From positions 1 through 64,000 of the IMG/VR virus record IMGVR_UViG_3300027672_000010: a DNA stretch of 64,000 nt; one strand, written 5' to 3'. This document shows, piece after piece, positions 36,651 through 46,762 of this stretch; positions within the stretch are counted from its first letter, which is position 1; each line of letters opens with the position of its first letter. The notes below the pieces were generated by a model. It searched no databases and was not told where the DNA came from. It worked only from the letters and a program-made list of their open reading frames with translations. The translations under genes and the position numbers were made by a program. This DNA comes from a virus. Lineage: Duplodnaviria > Caudoviricetes.

Positions 36651-38651
36651 ATGTCTAAGATAGATACAATCAATGCTAAACTTTCCTCCAATGCCAAACA
36701 GGTCGGAGCAGAGTCGCACACTGGTAATATTTTACAAGCGGCAAAGAATGCTACCGAAGTAAAGAAAGCAAACACGTTGACCGTGCTTGGTAGTGACGTA
36801 GGTGTGTTGACGAATGGTTATGAGAGTTTAGACAACTGTCCTATTAGTCAGACCGATCCAAGCAAACTATTAAATAATGTATTATCAGGTGATACCTCTA
36901 GTAAGTTGAATCAGATGATGCCTAGTGCCACAGCATTCCCTAGTACTGATCCTGCCGCATTCAAGGTAAAGACACTGGGTGCCGCGACTACCTCAATGGT
37001 AGCACAGGTTATCCAAACAAATGTATTCGATAGCGCAGGTGATCTAGTAGGACACGATTCTGCATCCTTGGGATCATTGGTTCCTACCGTGACACTTGGT
37101 GCTGATGTAACTCAGAATGTAAATGAAGTAATGACTTCCTTGACTGGAATCGTACCTCCACTCGAACCAATTACTATTGTGTCTTTGGGTGGGTCTGCCG
37201 TAGATGCTATCGCAGGTGCTATAGGAGAAGCAAAAGATTCTAAAGCAACTATCCTCGCGAAGATATCCACTGTGGCAGGTGAAGCAAGTAAACAAAGCGG
37301 TGGTGTTGGACAGGATGCGTTGAAAGGTAATGCCGCCATGAAGGAGGTAATGCAGAAAAAAGATTCATTAGTCGGTGATATTCTGGGTGCGGTAAGTGCC
37401 GTAGAAGGTCTTGCTGATACTGCCGCTGAAACTGCCGCAAATGCTGTAGGATCTGCGCTTGGTGGACTACAAGACAAATTAGAAACTACTGTCGGTGATC
37501 TTACTGAATCTATTGAAGACTCCGATGGATTGGATAAGTTATTGAGTAGCATCACTAAGGCAGTAGGCGAAGGTATTTCTAATATTGTTGGTCAAGTTGC
37601 TGATGGATTATCTGATGTGGTAGGTTCGTTACAAGTATTGGGAGAACAATTGACAGGTACATTGAGAAGTGCTTTCGCAGGTGCGATAGGTGGGTTGCCA
37701 TTATCTGATGAAAAGGTTTCCGAATTAACACTTCTTATGCAAAAGGGTGATGATGTTTCTAAGACTAAAGCGGCAGTGATACTGGCACAAGCGGCAGATC
37801 CTAGTCCTGCTATGAAGAAGGTTATTGCTGAAGCAGGTGATAATGCTTCTACTGTAACTGGTTTTAAAGAACTAGTAGAGTCTAAAGCAAGGGCGGCAGG
37901 TATTCCTACCGCAGAAGTACAGAAGTTTAGTTCTACTCAAGACAAGATTGAATCATCATTAGAAGCAGTGACTACTACTATCGCAGGATCTAATGTATCC
38001 GAAGCAGGTACATTCTATAAAGAAGAAGTCGATCTAGCAGTCCTTGCCAAAAGATATAAAGAATCAAGTACTAAAGTATTCCCTTATGTTAACTCTAAGG
38101 AAGAACTTCAGTTAGAGATCTTCAAGACAACTCGTGAAGTTAGCGAGATAGTTGTCCATGCCACCGAGAGTTACACCAATGCTAATATCGGTAGTGAAGA
38201 GATTCATATACGACACATCGAAGCAGGGCATGATGGTATTCAATATCACTATGTCATTAGGCGCGATGGTACACTACAACGCGGTATCCCAACGGATACT
38301 CCGAGTACTGCCAGTGCTATTCTGGGTCACGACAAGAACTGTATTGATGTTGTATTGGTCGGTGGTGTTAACGTACCGTCCGAAGCAGACTATCCGTTGT
38401 TGAATCTAAGTGCTTCATCATTTACCCAAGCACAGATGAAGACTCTAGAAGCAATATGTGAATCATTCTACCTGAAAGTTTCGGGTGGTCAAGTGATGGG
38501 TCATAATGCTATAGATCGAAACTCTCAAGATCCATACTTTGATGTTGTGTCTTATGTCGAAAACAAGTTCGGCAAGAAGAGTGTGTACGAAGACCTTCTG
38601 ACCGAAACATCATTATCACTGAAAGACTTGATTACGAAGAGAGCAGTATGA
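36651..38651 (+). CDS. Long helical protein with C-terminal T7-lysozyme-like amidase domain
   Basis: IVVHAT, IQYHYVIRRDG.LQRG, I...LVGG, FT.AQ..TL, GH...DP.FDV. Confidence 0.8.
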   Translation: MSKIDTINAKLSSNAKQVGAESHTGNILQAAKNATEVKKANTLTVLGSDVGVLTNGYESLDNCPISQTDPSKLLNNVLSGDTSSKLNQMMPSATAFPSTDPAAFKVKTLGAATTSMVAQVIQTNVFDSAGDLVGHDSASLGSLVPTVTLGADVTQNVNEVMTSLTGIVPPLEPITIVSLGGSAVDAIAGAIGEAKDSKATILAKISTVAGEASKQSGGVGQDALKGNAAMKEVMQKKDSLVGDILGAVSAVEGLADTAAETAANAVGSALGGLQDKLETTVGDLTESIEDSDGLDKLLSSITKAVGEGISNIVGQVADGLSDVVGSLQVLGEQLTGTLRSAFAGAIGGLPLSDEKVSELTLLMQKGDDVSKTKAAVILAQAADPSPAMKKVIAEAGDNASTVTGFKELVESKARAAGIPTAEVQKFSSTQDKIESSLEAVTTTIAGSNVSEAGTFYKEEVDLAVLAKRYKESSTKVFPYVNSKEELQLEIFKTTREVSEIVVHATESYTNANIGSEEIHIRHIEAGHDGIQYHYVIRRDGTLQRGIPTDTPSTASAILGHDKNCIDVVLVGGVNVPSEADYPLLNLSASSFTQAQMKTLEAICESFYLKVSGGQVMGHNAIDRNSQDPYFDVVSYVENKFGKKSVYEDLLTETSLSLKDLITKRAV

Positions 38652-40087
38652 CTACAACAAATAAAAAAGTATCAATAGGTGACAATCCTTCAGTAGAGAA
38701 TACCGAAGGAGTACCAATTGATGGTTTCCAAGATCCTACAGGCGAGTATCCCAAGAGAGAATACCACTACGGATCTTCGATAAACAAATCTGCTCGTGGA
38801 CTAAAGGTAGAGAACCTTTATCTGGGTGGTGGTACCGAAGGGGTATCGCTGAATCTAGAAGACCAAGAACCTTCTCGTTTCCCTTTCAACCAAGTCAAAG
38901 AGACTTCCTCTGGACATATCATCTCATACGATGATACTCCCGGTGGCGAACGCGTACTTATCAAACATCGTACAGGCGCAGGTGTAGAAGTTCGGGCAGA
39001 TGGATCTGTTATTATCTCTTCTTTGAATAACAAGGTTGAAGTAACTGGGGGTGACCAAACTGTTATTGTTGAAGGTAATGGTAAGTTGGTGTATAATGGT
39101 AACCTCAACCTAGAAGTTACTGGAGATTACAATGTCAATGTTGGGGGTGACTACAACGTCAACACTAATGGCAATCAAAACACCAAGGTAAGAAAGAACA
39201 ACATAACCGAAGTAGGATTGAACACAAACTATCTTACCAAAGGAACTCACGTCCAGAAGACAGTAGAACACGAGTCGCGTATAGTATTGGGTAACGAGAA
39301 TCATATCGTTAAGGGATACTGGAGAAACCAGATTGGCGCAGAGATCGAGATGTTCACTGGTAACCGTTTCCAAGTGTCGGCAGAAGAAGAGTTTGCGATC
39401 ACCGCACTCCAAGGTAATATCTCTGCGACCGAAATATCAGTAATTGGTATGAAGGGCGTGATTGGTGGTGAGGCAGTTGAGTTTACATCTCCTGTCTATA
39501 TGGGGCCACAGGGTGCTGTACCATTTACTTCTGGCGCATCTTTCTATGGTTCATTTCACGGACAGGCACTAGAAGCAATCAAATCTAACTATGCGTACAA
39601 AGCAGAGAATGCCAAGACTTCCGAGAAAGCAAGTAAGGAAAGTCCGGGACAACCAAGCGGTGGTGCCCCAGAAGTACCTACCAATATGGAGAGTGAAGTT
39701 CCTGTTAAACCAGTACCAATTTGTGATGCTGTCTCTGGCATACTCTCTGATGGTCATCTTTCTATCCGTGCTGTTAAAGTAGATCCAAAGGACGCATTAA
39801 GAAACTCATTATTATTACGAGACGATTACGCAGGGTTGTTCGAGAAAGACCCAACCATCGATGAGATTAGATCAACGCTAAGAGACGTTGCCAACCGTAC
39901 AATTACGAATGCCGAAGATAATAAGTTTGTTGACATAATGATACAGAACGAAGTGATAAGTGCCCAATGGGAAGCACCACTACCATTCAAGATAGGTCGT
40001 GTTGCGAAAGGAACTGCTACAACTCCTAAGTTTGGATACACTCCATTAGGCAACTCAATAGACCATAGAGGAAAGATATTCAAATGA
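38648..40087 (+). CDS. gp5 C-terminal part (beta-helix spike)
   Basis: P.N.V.ET.SGH...DDTPG.ER....HRTG; V.GDYN repeats. Confidence 0.8.
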   Translation: MTTTNKKVSIGDNPSVENTEGVPIDGFQDPTGEYPKREYHYGSSINKSARGLKVENLYLGGGTEGVSLNLEDQEPSRFPFNQVKETSSGHIISYDDTPGGERVLIKHRTGAGVEVRADGSVIISSLNNKVEVTGGDQTVIVEGNGKLVYNGNLNLEVTGDYNVNVGGDYNVNTNGNQNTKVRKNNITEVGLNTNYLTKGTHVQKTVEHESRIVLGNENHIVKGYWRNQIGAEIEMFTGNRFQVSAEEEFAITALQGNISATEISVIGMKGVIGGEAVEFTSPVYMGPQGAVPFTSGASFYGSFHGQALEAIKSNYAYKAENAKTSEKASKESPGQPSGGAPEVPTNMESEVPVKPVPICDAVSGILSDGHLSIRAVKVDPKDALRNSLLLRDDYAGLFEKDPTIDEIRSTLRDVANRTITNAEDNKFVDIMIQNEVISAQWEAPLPFKIGRVAKGTATTPKFGYTPLGNSIDHRGKIFK

Positions 40088-40689
40088 TAGTTTTACCTGA
40101 CCAGAAGTTCAACCCTAACTTCCAAGACATAATATTGTCTAGTACAAAACTAGCACCGGGAGTGGCATTGTCCAAGTTCCTTGGTACGAAAGGTAACCCT
40201 TGTAGTTTGACCACAGTATCAAAGTATCAAAATAACCAGACAGAACGGAAACAACTCGCACGGAACCTATACCTCCACGCAGAACTGTTCCGTAGTGTTA
40301 ACGGCAATACTGATATGTTCAAGGACGTTCGTTTGATTGTGACCGAAGGTGTCTACCGTGGTGGCCCAATAGAAACAGTCGCAGGTGATAACCTCACTAA
40401 GCAAGAAGGTAGATTGGTAGTATATAAGGTTATTGACGAAGACGGAAAGATCGATTATGAGAGAACGTTTGATCTAGCAGTGTATTGGAAAGACTATATG
40501 AACTACGATAAACTCTCATTAGAATACGATATGTGGAATCCTAATGGTGTACTGAATGCCCAGATAGCAGTCGAGACACCCAAGGTACCAGAGTCTTTTG
40601 ATATATCATTTGGTGGTAAAGTACAGACTAACTTTAATGGGTCGCTTTTATCGGCAGATGAACTCACAGAAGTTCTAGAAGATGTATAA
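40084..40689 (+). CDS. Baseplate-associated hypothetical protein
   Basis: ATGA overlap, between gp5C and gp25. Confidence 0.7.
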   Translation: MIVLPDQKFNPNFQDIILSSTKLAPGVALSKFLGTKGNPCSLTTVSKYQNNQTERKQLARNLYLHAELFRSVNGNTDMFKDVRLIVTEGVYRGGPIETVAGDNLTKQEGRLVVYKVIDEDGKIDYERTFDLAVYWKDYMNYDKLSLEYDMWNPNGVLNAQIAVETPKVPESFDISFGGKVQTNFNGSLLSADELTEVLEDV

Positions 40690-40692
40690 ATA
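40685..40692 (+). promoter_or_regulatory. Late promoter
   Basis: TATAAATA upstream of gp25. Confidence 0.8.
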
Positions 40693-40719
40693 GAACTATA
40701 AGAATTTTAGGATAGTAAG

Positions 40720-41169
40720 ATGGCAAGAGCATTCTCAGTAGAAGACGGTAAACTTGATAACCAAGTCACGTTAAACGCTACAAATAATCGCGAGTACATA
40801 GACATTGATATGTCTTTCTCTGCGAAACCGACTGGTGACGTTTATAAAAAGAATGCTGTGGCGGCAGTTAAGCAGTCACTCAAGAACCTATTAATGACAG
40901 CACGAACCGAGAAACCATTCCAAGCATACTTTGGATGTAATCTCAATTCGTATTTGTTTGAACTTGCGGACGCAGGAACAGTAGGTGAGATCAAGATTGC
41001 TATCCGAGAGAATGTAAGAGTGTATGAACCAAGGGTTGATCATAAGAAATTGGTAATCCGATGTGTATTGTCTCCGAACGATAACACTCTTATAATAACA
41101 TTAGTTTTTAACGTATTGAATTCTGGCGAACAAGCAGAGTTCACAACACGACTGAATAGGTTACGATAA
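40720..41169 (+). CDS. gp25: Baseplate wedge subunit
   Basis: AVKQS..NL..T...EKPF...FG, LFE, YEPRV. Confidence 0.92.
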   Translation: MARAFSVEDGKLDNQVTLNATNNREYIDIDMSFSAKPTGDVYKKNAVAAVKQSLKNLLMTARTEKPFQAYFGCNLNSYLFELADAGTVGEIKIAIRENVRVYEPRVDHKKLVIRCVLSPNDNTLIITLVFNVLNSGEQAEFTTRLNRLR

Positions 41170-43148
41170 TGGCAACAACAATACACAGTTCTTCTTTAGA
41201 CTTCACAGCGATAAAGAATAATTTAAAGACATATTTACAGCAACAGTCTGAGTTTAAAGACTACGACTTTGAAGCGGCAGGTCTTTCAAATATTCTTGAT
41301 GTGTTGGCATACAACACGCACATGAATGGACTGACTGCCAACTTTGCCTTGAACGAATCGTTCTTGAATACTGCACAGTTGAGATCCAGTGTTGTGTCAC
41401 ACGCAGAGACTTTGGGTTATGTTCCTGCGTCTAAGAGTGCCGCACAAGCGACAGTCAACCTATCCTTTAACATTGGTATCGACCAAGAAGATGTACCTGA
41501 GAAATTACAGGTATCTTCTGGTTATAAGTTTACCTCTTCTGTTAACGATGCGTCATATACATTCCAGACTCAAGAGTTAATCGAAGCAACAAACGATGGT
41601 AATAACTTCTTCCAATTCCAAACACTAGAGGGATCCACAGAGATTCCTGTCTTCGAAGGTATTGCTAAGACTAAGACATTCTTCGCAGGTGAAGATACCG
41701 AAGGTACGTTGTATATAATCCCAGATATAAACATGGATAGATCTACTGCTGTAGTAAAGGTATATGAGAGCGCAACTTCTGGTGACTTTACCTCATACAT
41801 TAACCTAGAGGTCGCAACTAACATTGACGTAACAACTCCTGCTTACATACTCAAGGAAGCACCTAATGGATACTATGAGTTGTCGTTTGGTAATGGTTCT
41901 ACTTTAGGCGCAGTACCTACCGCAGGTTCTAAGGTCACAATAGAATACTTATCCGTAGATGGTTCTAATGCCAACGGTGCAAGATTGTTTGAACCAGTTA
42001 ATACTATCGAAGTAACCGAACCCACAAGTGGTATCGGTCTAGAACGATTACCTATTGTATCTACTACTAACCGATCAGTCGGTGGTTCTGCCAAAGAGTC
42101 ACTTGCGTCTATTCGTAAGAACTCTCCTTATCGCTATGCCACACAGAACAGAATGGTAACCCATGCTGACTATGCATCATTAGTACTTCGTACATATGGT
42201 TCATTGATCAGTGACATAATTGCTTGGGGTGGAGAAGATAACCTAGTACCAGAGTATGGTATGGCATTCCTCTCTATCAAGTTCAAGTCAGACGTAACTG
42301 ACAGTCTCAAAGAAACAACTAAAGATAACATCCGTGTGTTGGTGGATCAATTGTCAATTGCCTCCTTTGGATTGAAGTACACAGATCCAGTACTAACTTT
42401 TATTGAAAACAATGTGTTCTTTCAGTATAACCCAGATTACACTAACTTGTCAATCAATGCTTTACAGGAATCTGTAAGAAACGTGATGACTAGTTACTAT
42501 ACGACTAACACTGGTAAGTTCGGACAAGCATTCAGACGTTCGCAACTACTCGCATTGATTGATGACGTGAGTCCTGCTATCCTATCTTCTCGTGCAGATG
42601 TTAAAATGCAACAACGTTTCACCCCCTCTGGTGGTGTAGAAGGTAACTTCAGTTTTGACTTCCCGACTCAAATATCTAATCCTCTGATTGATCAGAAGGT
42701 TATTACGTCTTCGGTATTCAAAAAGACTACTGCCAAAGGATTATTGAACTGTCAGATAGTAAACAAAGAGACAAAGAACATCGTAACGATTGATACACTA
42801 ACATCGAACGTAGTTGTTGTTGGTAAAGTTAATACAGTTAATACTGCCGCAATTGGCGAGAACAATATAACTACCACGTCCTCTTCTACCCAAGAAGTTC
42901 AACAAGGTCTAGTATTACAGATCATTGATACTGGTACAGGTGATGTTGTTGTAGATAATGTAGGATACTATATACCCGGAGCAGGTATAGTGCATCTAGT
43001 AGGATTCAAAGCAGACGAATCTACTGAGATCAAGATGAGCGTAATACCTGCCAACCAGAGTGCGATAGTACCAAATAGAGAATACATTCTCGAATACGAT
43101 AACACTAGACTAAGTGCTAAAGGTCTGCGTACTACAGCGAGTAACTAA
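41169..43148 (+). CDS. gp6: Baseplate wedge subunit
   Basis: LDF..IK, DYDFE, LAYNTH, E.FL.TA..RSSV, QNR.VT..DY. Confidence 0.93.
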   Translation: MATTIHSSSLDFTAIKNNLKTYLQQQSEFKDYDFEAAGLSNILDVLAYNTHMNGLTANFALNESFLNTAQLRSSVVSHAETLGYVPASKSAAQATVNLSFNIGIDQEDVPEKLQVSSGYKFTSSVNDASYTFQTQELIEATNDGNNFFQFQTLEGSTEIPVFEGIAKTKTFFAGEDTEGTLYIIPDINMDRSTAVVKVYESATSGDFTSYINLEVATNIDVTTPAYILKEAPNGYYELSFGNGSTLGAVPTAGSKVTIEYLSVDGSNANGARLFEPVNTIEVTEPTSGIGLERLPIVSTTNRSVGGSAKESLASIRKNSPYRYATQNRMVTHADYASLVLRTYGSLISDIIAWGGEDNLVPEYGMAFLSIKFKSDVTDSLKETTKDNIRVLVDQLSIASFGLKYTDPVLTFIENNVFFQYNPDYTNLSINALQESVRNVMTSYYTTNTGKFGQAFRRSQLLALIDDVSPAILSSRADVKMQQRFTPSGGVEGNFSFDFPTQISNPLIDQKVITSSVFKKTTAKGLLNCQIVNKETKNIVTIDTLTSNVVVVGKVNTVNTAAIGENNITTTSSSTQEVQQGLVLQIIDTGTGDVVVDNVGYYIPGAGIVHLVGFKADESTEIKMSVIPANQSAIVPNREYILEYDNTRLSAKGLRTTASN

Positions 43149-44299
43149 TGCCAAACCATACTATCTTTGATAAAACACTAGTAGACACGAATAGACGTGA
43201 CATCAACCTTAGAGAACCCCAAGTTGAGTCCGTCTTACCCGATCATATTCTAGCAGAGTATCCGAAGTTTGTCTCGTTTCTAAAACACTACTATGACTTT
43301 GAGTCACAGAATACATCCTTAACTCGTTTCTTAAACAATATGTTCGAGACGAGGGATGTTACACAGACTGACAAAGATCTACTAAGTTATTTCGAAGACG
43401 AGTATCTATTAGGTCAGAACTACTTCAAAGGTTTCGTAGATAAGAGGACTGCTGTTAAGTACTCTAGTTATCTCTATAGAACCAAGGGTACTAGATACTC
43501 TATACAACAATTCTTCAAGACATTCTTTGACATTGAACCAGATGTGGTGTATACTAAACAATATATATTTACATTAAATGAATCAAAGGTAGGTGCAGAA
43601 TCATCTAGATTTCTCACCGACAACAAATTATATCAAACCTTTGCTGTACAGATTAGATCAGAATTATCTATCGCACAGTGGAGAGATGCCTATAAGTTGA
43701 TCGTTCATCCCGCAGGAATGTATCTTGGTGGACTTACACAGATCGTAGGTGCCGCAGGATTCGATAATGCTCAGTACGATCCGGGTCAAGCAATTAAACC
43801 ACCAATCGTATTGGAAGGTGAAGGTGGATTTACAACATTAGGATTCGAGCAGAACACCGCACTATTCGACTTTGGTATAACAAGTGACGCAGGTAACGTA
43901 TTGAAGTTTAGAACTAGATTGGGTAGTAGCGCAGGTAAGGCAAAGGATAGTGATCAACTCGCACTAGGTATTCCACGCGGTAATGATTGGTCAGATCTTG
44001 AGAATCTTACTGTCGATAACCTTGACAGAATGTATTCTAGTCTTGGTGAGTACCTCACTCCAGATAGTCCAACGTTGGATGATGATAGTGATGGATCAAC
44101 ATTGTACAGTGGATTCGACTTATCTTCTAGCGAACTGATCGACCAAGAGACATTCACTTGGAACCCTGCTGTGACTAGGTTCGACTCTGATAACTCATCA
44201 TTGCTAGTTACAGATACAATAAATAGAGGAGCAATACGCTCCGTAGGCGATTCCGATTCTGAGATATCTTTGCGTGAGATAATCAGAAGAGGGATGTAA
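43148..44299 (+). CDS. gp7: Baseplate wedge initiator-like
   Basis: YP.FV.FL..YY, Y..KGT..S, HPAG. Confidence 0.7.
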   Translation: MPNHTIFDKTLVDTNRRDINLREPQVESVLPDHILAEYPKFVSFLKHYYDFESQNTSLTRFLNNMFETRDVTQTDKDLLSYFEDEYLLGQNYFKGFVDKRTAVKYSSYLYRTKGTRYSIQQFFKTFFDIEPDVVYTKQYIFTLNESKVGAESSRFLTDNKLYQTFAVQIRSELSIAQWRDAYKLIVHPAGMYLGGLTQIVGAAGFDNAQYDPGQAIKPPIVLEGEGGFTTLGFEQNTALFDFGITSDAGNVLKFRTRLGSSAGKAKDSDQLALGIPRGNDWSDLENLTVDNLDRMYSSLGEYLTPDSPTLDDDSDGSTLYSGFDLSSSELIDQETFTWNPAVTRFDSDNSSLLVTDTINRGAIRSVGDSDSEISLREIIRRGM

Positions 44300-44306
44300 A
44301 TAATAG

Positions 44307-44314
44307 TATAAATA
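44307..44314 (+). promoter_or_regulatory. Late promoter
   Basis: TATAAATA. Confidence 0.8.
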
Positions 44315-44339
44315 GAAGTAATAATATTCGGGAAGTAAG

Positions 44340-45359
44340 ATGACTAGACAAGTATTAAACAGAGGAACGATTGCGAATGATGGCACAGGCGATACGCTTC
44401 GCGGTGCCGCATTAAAGATCGAACAGAACATTATCGAGATCTACAATAAGTTAGGTGACGGTGATGCACTGACTCCTCTTATTGACTTTGACTCCAGTGG
44501 AATTATATTTAAAGATTCCGCAGGTGGATCATTCTCGTCTCGAATTGGTGTTGTTGCTCCGACTGCTAGTAACCTAATCTATGTCCCGAATGCTTCGGGT
44601 CAGTTGGTTATGGATGCCGCAACTCAGACACTCACCAATAAGACTCTGACTAGTGCGGTTCTTACCACTCCTCAGATCAACGACACTAGTGCTAATCACC
44701 AGTATGTTGTTGCAGTAAGTGAACTTGCCGCAGACAGGACAGTCACACTCCCATTGTTGGGTGCCGCAGATGAGTTTACATTCAATAGTCATACACAGAC
44801 ACTTGTTAACAAGACACTTACTGCTCCACGAATAGATAATATTCGTATGGGTGACGGTGATGGTATACTTGATAGTGCAGGTAACGAACAACTATTATTT
44901 GTTGCAGACTCCTCTTCTCCAGTTAACTATCTTCGCATTACAAGTGGACGTACCAATGTTGCACCGATACTTAAAGCAGTAGGCGAATCTACTACTTCAT
45001 TGTCATTGCAAGGATCTGGTAATGGTGCTGTACAGATTGACTCTAAACTTGTTCTTAAAACACAAAGTGTGGGTGGTGCAGGTGCGTTAAGTGTTAATGT
45101 TCCAGTATCAATTATCGTGAATAATTCTGGTGCAGATTATACTCTACCCAATGGTACTCAGACTGGTGAAGTGAAGTATATAACCAACACAAAGAATGTC
45201 AATGCCGTTATCAAACCAACATCATCTAACATTGGTGCAGTTTCTACTATAACATTGACACAAAATGACTCAGTAATGCTTATGTGGTTCACCAACCAAT
45301 GGGCAATAATAAATACATATGGTGCGTCTACTGGATCCTCTGATCCGGCAGTTGCGTAA
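44340..45359 (+). CDS. gp9: Baseplate tail-fibre connector (gp9/gp10 N-terminus)
   Basis: G..ANDGTGDTLR....KI..N..EIY; QTLTNKTLT repeats. Confidence 0.75.
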   Translation: MTRQVLNRGTIANDGTGDTLRGAALKIEQNIIEIYNKLGDGDALTPLIDFDSSGIIFKDSAGGSFSSRIGVVAPTASNLIYVPNASGQLVMDAATQTLTNKTLTSAVLTTPQINDTSANHQYVVAVSELAADRTVTLPLLGAADEFTFNSHTQTLVNKTLTAPRIDNIRMGDGDGILDSAGNEQLLFVADSSSPVNYLRITSGRTNVAPILKAVGESTTSLSLQGSGNGAVQIDSKLVLKTQSVGGAGALSVNVPVSIIVNNSGADYTLPNGTQTGEVKYITNTKNVNAVIKPTSSNIGAVSTITLTQNDSVMLMWFTNQWAIINTYGASTGSSDPAVA

Positions 45360-45382
45360 CAACATAAATTAGGAATAGATAA

Positions 45383-46753
45383 ATGCCAGTAGTAACCGAT
45401 ACATTTAAAAAACAAGTCTTGGATGATCTCCTTGCCGATCAAGTCAGTGCGTCCATAAGATATTATGCCGCAATTGGTAGATCAGAAGACTGGAACGATT
45501 CGGATGTGGCAACTGTTCCTACGAATGATGCCGCAAGTGCGCGAGATGCTCGTGGTGGTTTCCAATCACTCAAACTTATTGAGGATGCCTCTTATGTCAC
45601 TCCTCGTAGAATCTGGATTGCTAACCTGATCTATTCTGCCTTTGATGACAATGATGTTGGGTTCCCAGTGAATCCTTTCTATGCCATCAACTCTAACAAC
45701 GAGATCTACATTTGTTTGGAGCAGGGTAAGAAGCAGGATGGTACCTCTCAGTTGTCTACTATTCAACCTACAGGTAATACTATTGGTTCTCCTTTCCGTA
45801 CTGCGGATGGATACACTTGGAAATTCCTATACTCTATTGGTGCATTGAGAGCAGACAAGTTCTTATCCTCTGCATATCAACCAGTACGGTATGTTGCCTC
45901 AACTGACTCAGACAGTCCTGCCGAAGATCTTCAACAAGAGATCGTACAGAACAATGCAATTCCGGGACAGATCTTAGGATACGCAATCACCAACGGTGGT
46001 ACTGGTTATACTTCTACTCCTACAGTAAGCATTATCGGTAACGGTACTAACGCAAGAGCATATGCAGTTAAGTCTGGTGAAGTAATCATCGACATTAAAG
46101 TTGTAGCAGATAGTTCTGGCAACTCTAGTGCGTCTTACTTCGGTAAAGACTATGACTATGCTAACGTAGTTATTACTGGTGGTGGCGGTGACTCGTGTAC
46201 TGCACGTCCTATTATAGGACAACGTGATGGTATCGGTGCTAACCCAGTAATTGATCTTAAATCAAATGGTATGATGTTTAATACAAAACCAGAAGGAATA
46301 GAAGGTGGTGACTTTGTTACAGGTGATGAGATCTTCCGTCAAGTATCACTCGTTCGTAATCCTCGTGTTGACTCTGCAAATGGGACTCTTCTCACTTCTA
46401 CCACCGCTAGGGTCTTAGACAAGATTCGATTCAACTCTGGTGCGTTCTTGAAGTCTACTGTACAGAAGTCTACCATTAGTGGTGCGACCTCTGGTGCTAC
46501 AGCAATTCTTGATGACACAAATGATTCGGATACTGTATGGTATCACCAGAATACAACAACAGGATTTAAACCTTTCGCAGTAGGAGAAACTGTGTCGGTA
46601 GTTGGTAATGCATCTATCACTGGAGTTATTGCCGCAAAGACTCAGGGCGAAGCAGATCCTTACTCTGGAGATCTCCTATATATAGATAACCGATCACCAG
46701 TAACACGATCTACCGACCAAACCGAAGACTTGAAAATAGTAATCACTATCTAG
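45383..46753 (+). CDS. gp8: Baseplate wedge subunit
   Basis: YICL, S...PT, DGY.WK.LY, SG.LLYIDNR..V.R...Q.EDLKI. Confidence 0.9.
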   Translation: MPVVTDTFKKQVLDDLLADQVSASIRYYAAIGRSEDWNDSDVATVPTNDAASARDARGGFQSLKLIEDASYVTPRRIWIANLIYSAFDDNDVGFPVNPFYAINSNNEIYICLEQGKKQDGTSQLSTIQPTGNTIGSPFRTADGYTWKFLYSIGALRADKFLSSAYQPVRYVASTDSDSPAEDLQQEIVQNNAIPGQILGYAITNGGTGYTSTPTVSIIGNGTNARAYAVKSGEVIIDIKVVADSSGNSSASYFGKDYDYANVVITGGGGDSCTARPIIGQRDGIGANPVIDLKSNGMMFNTKPEGIEGGDFVTGDEIFRQVSLVRNPRVDSANGTLLTSTTARVLDKIRFNSGAFLKSTVQKSTISGATSGATAILDDTNDSDTVWYHQNTTTGFKPFAVGETVSVVGNASITGVIAAKTQGEADPYSGDLLYIDNRSPVTRSTDQTEDLKIVITI

Positions 46754-46762
46754 GATTAAGAA

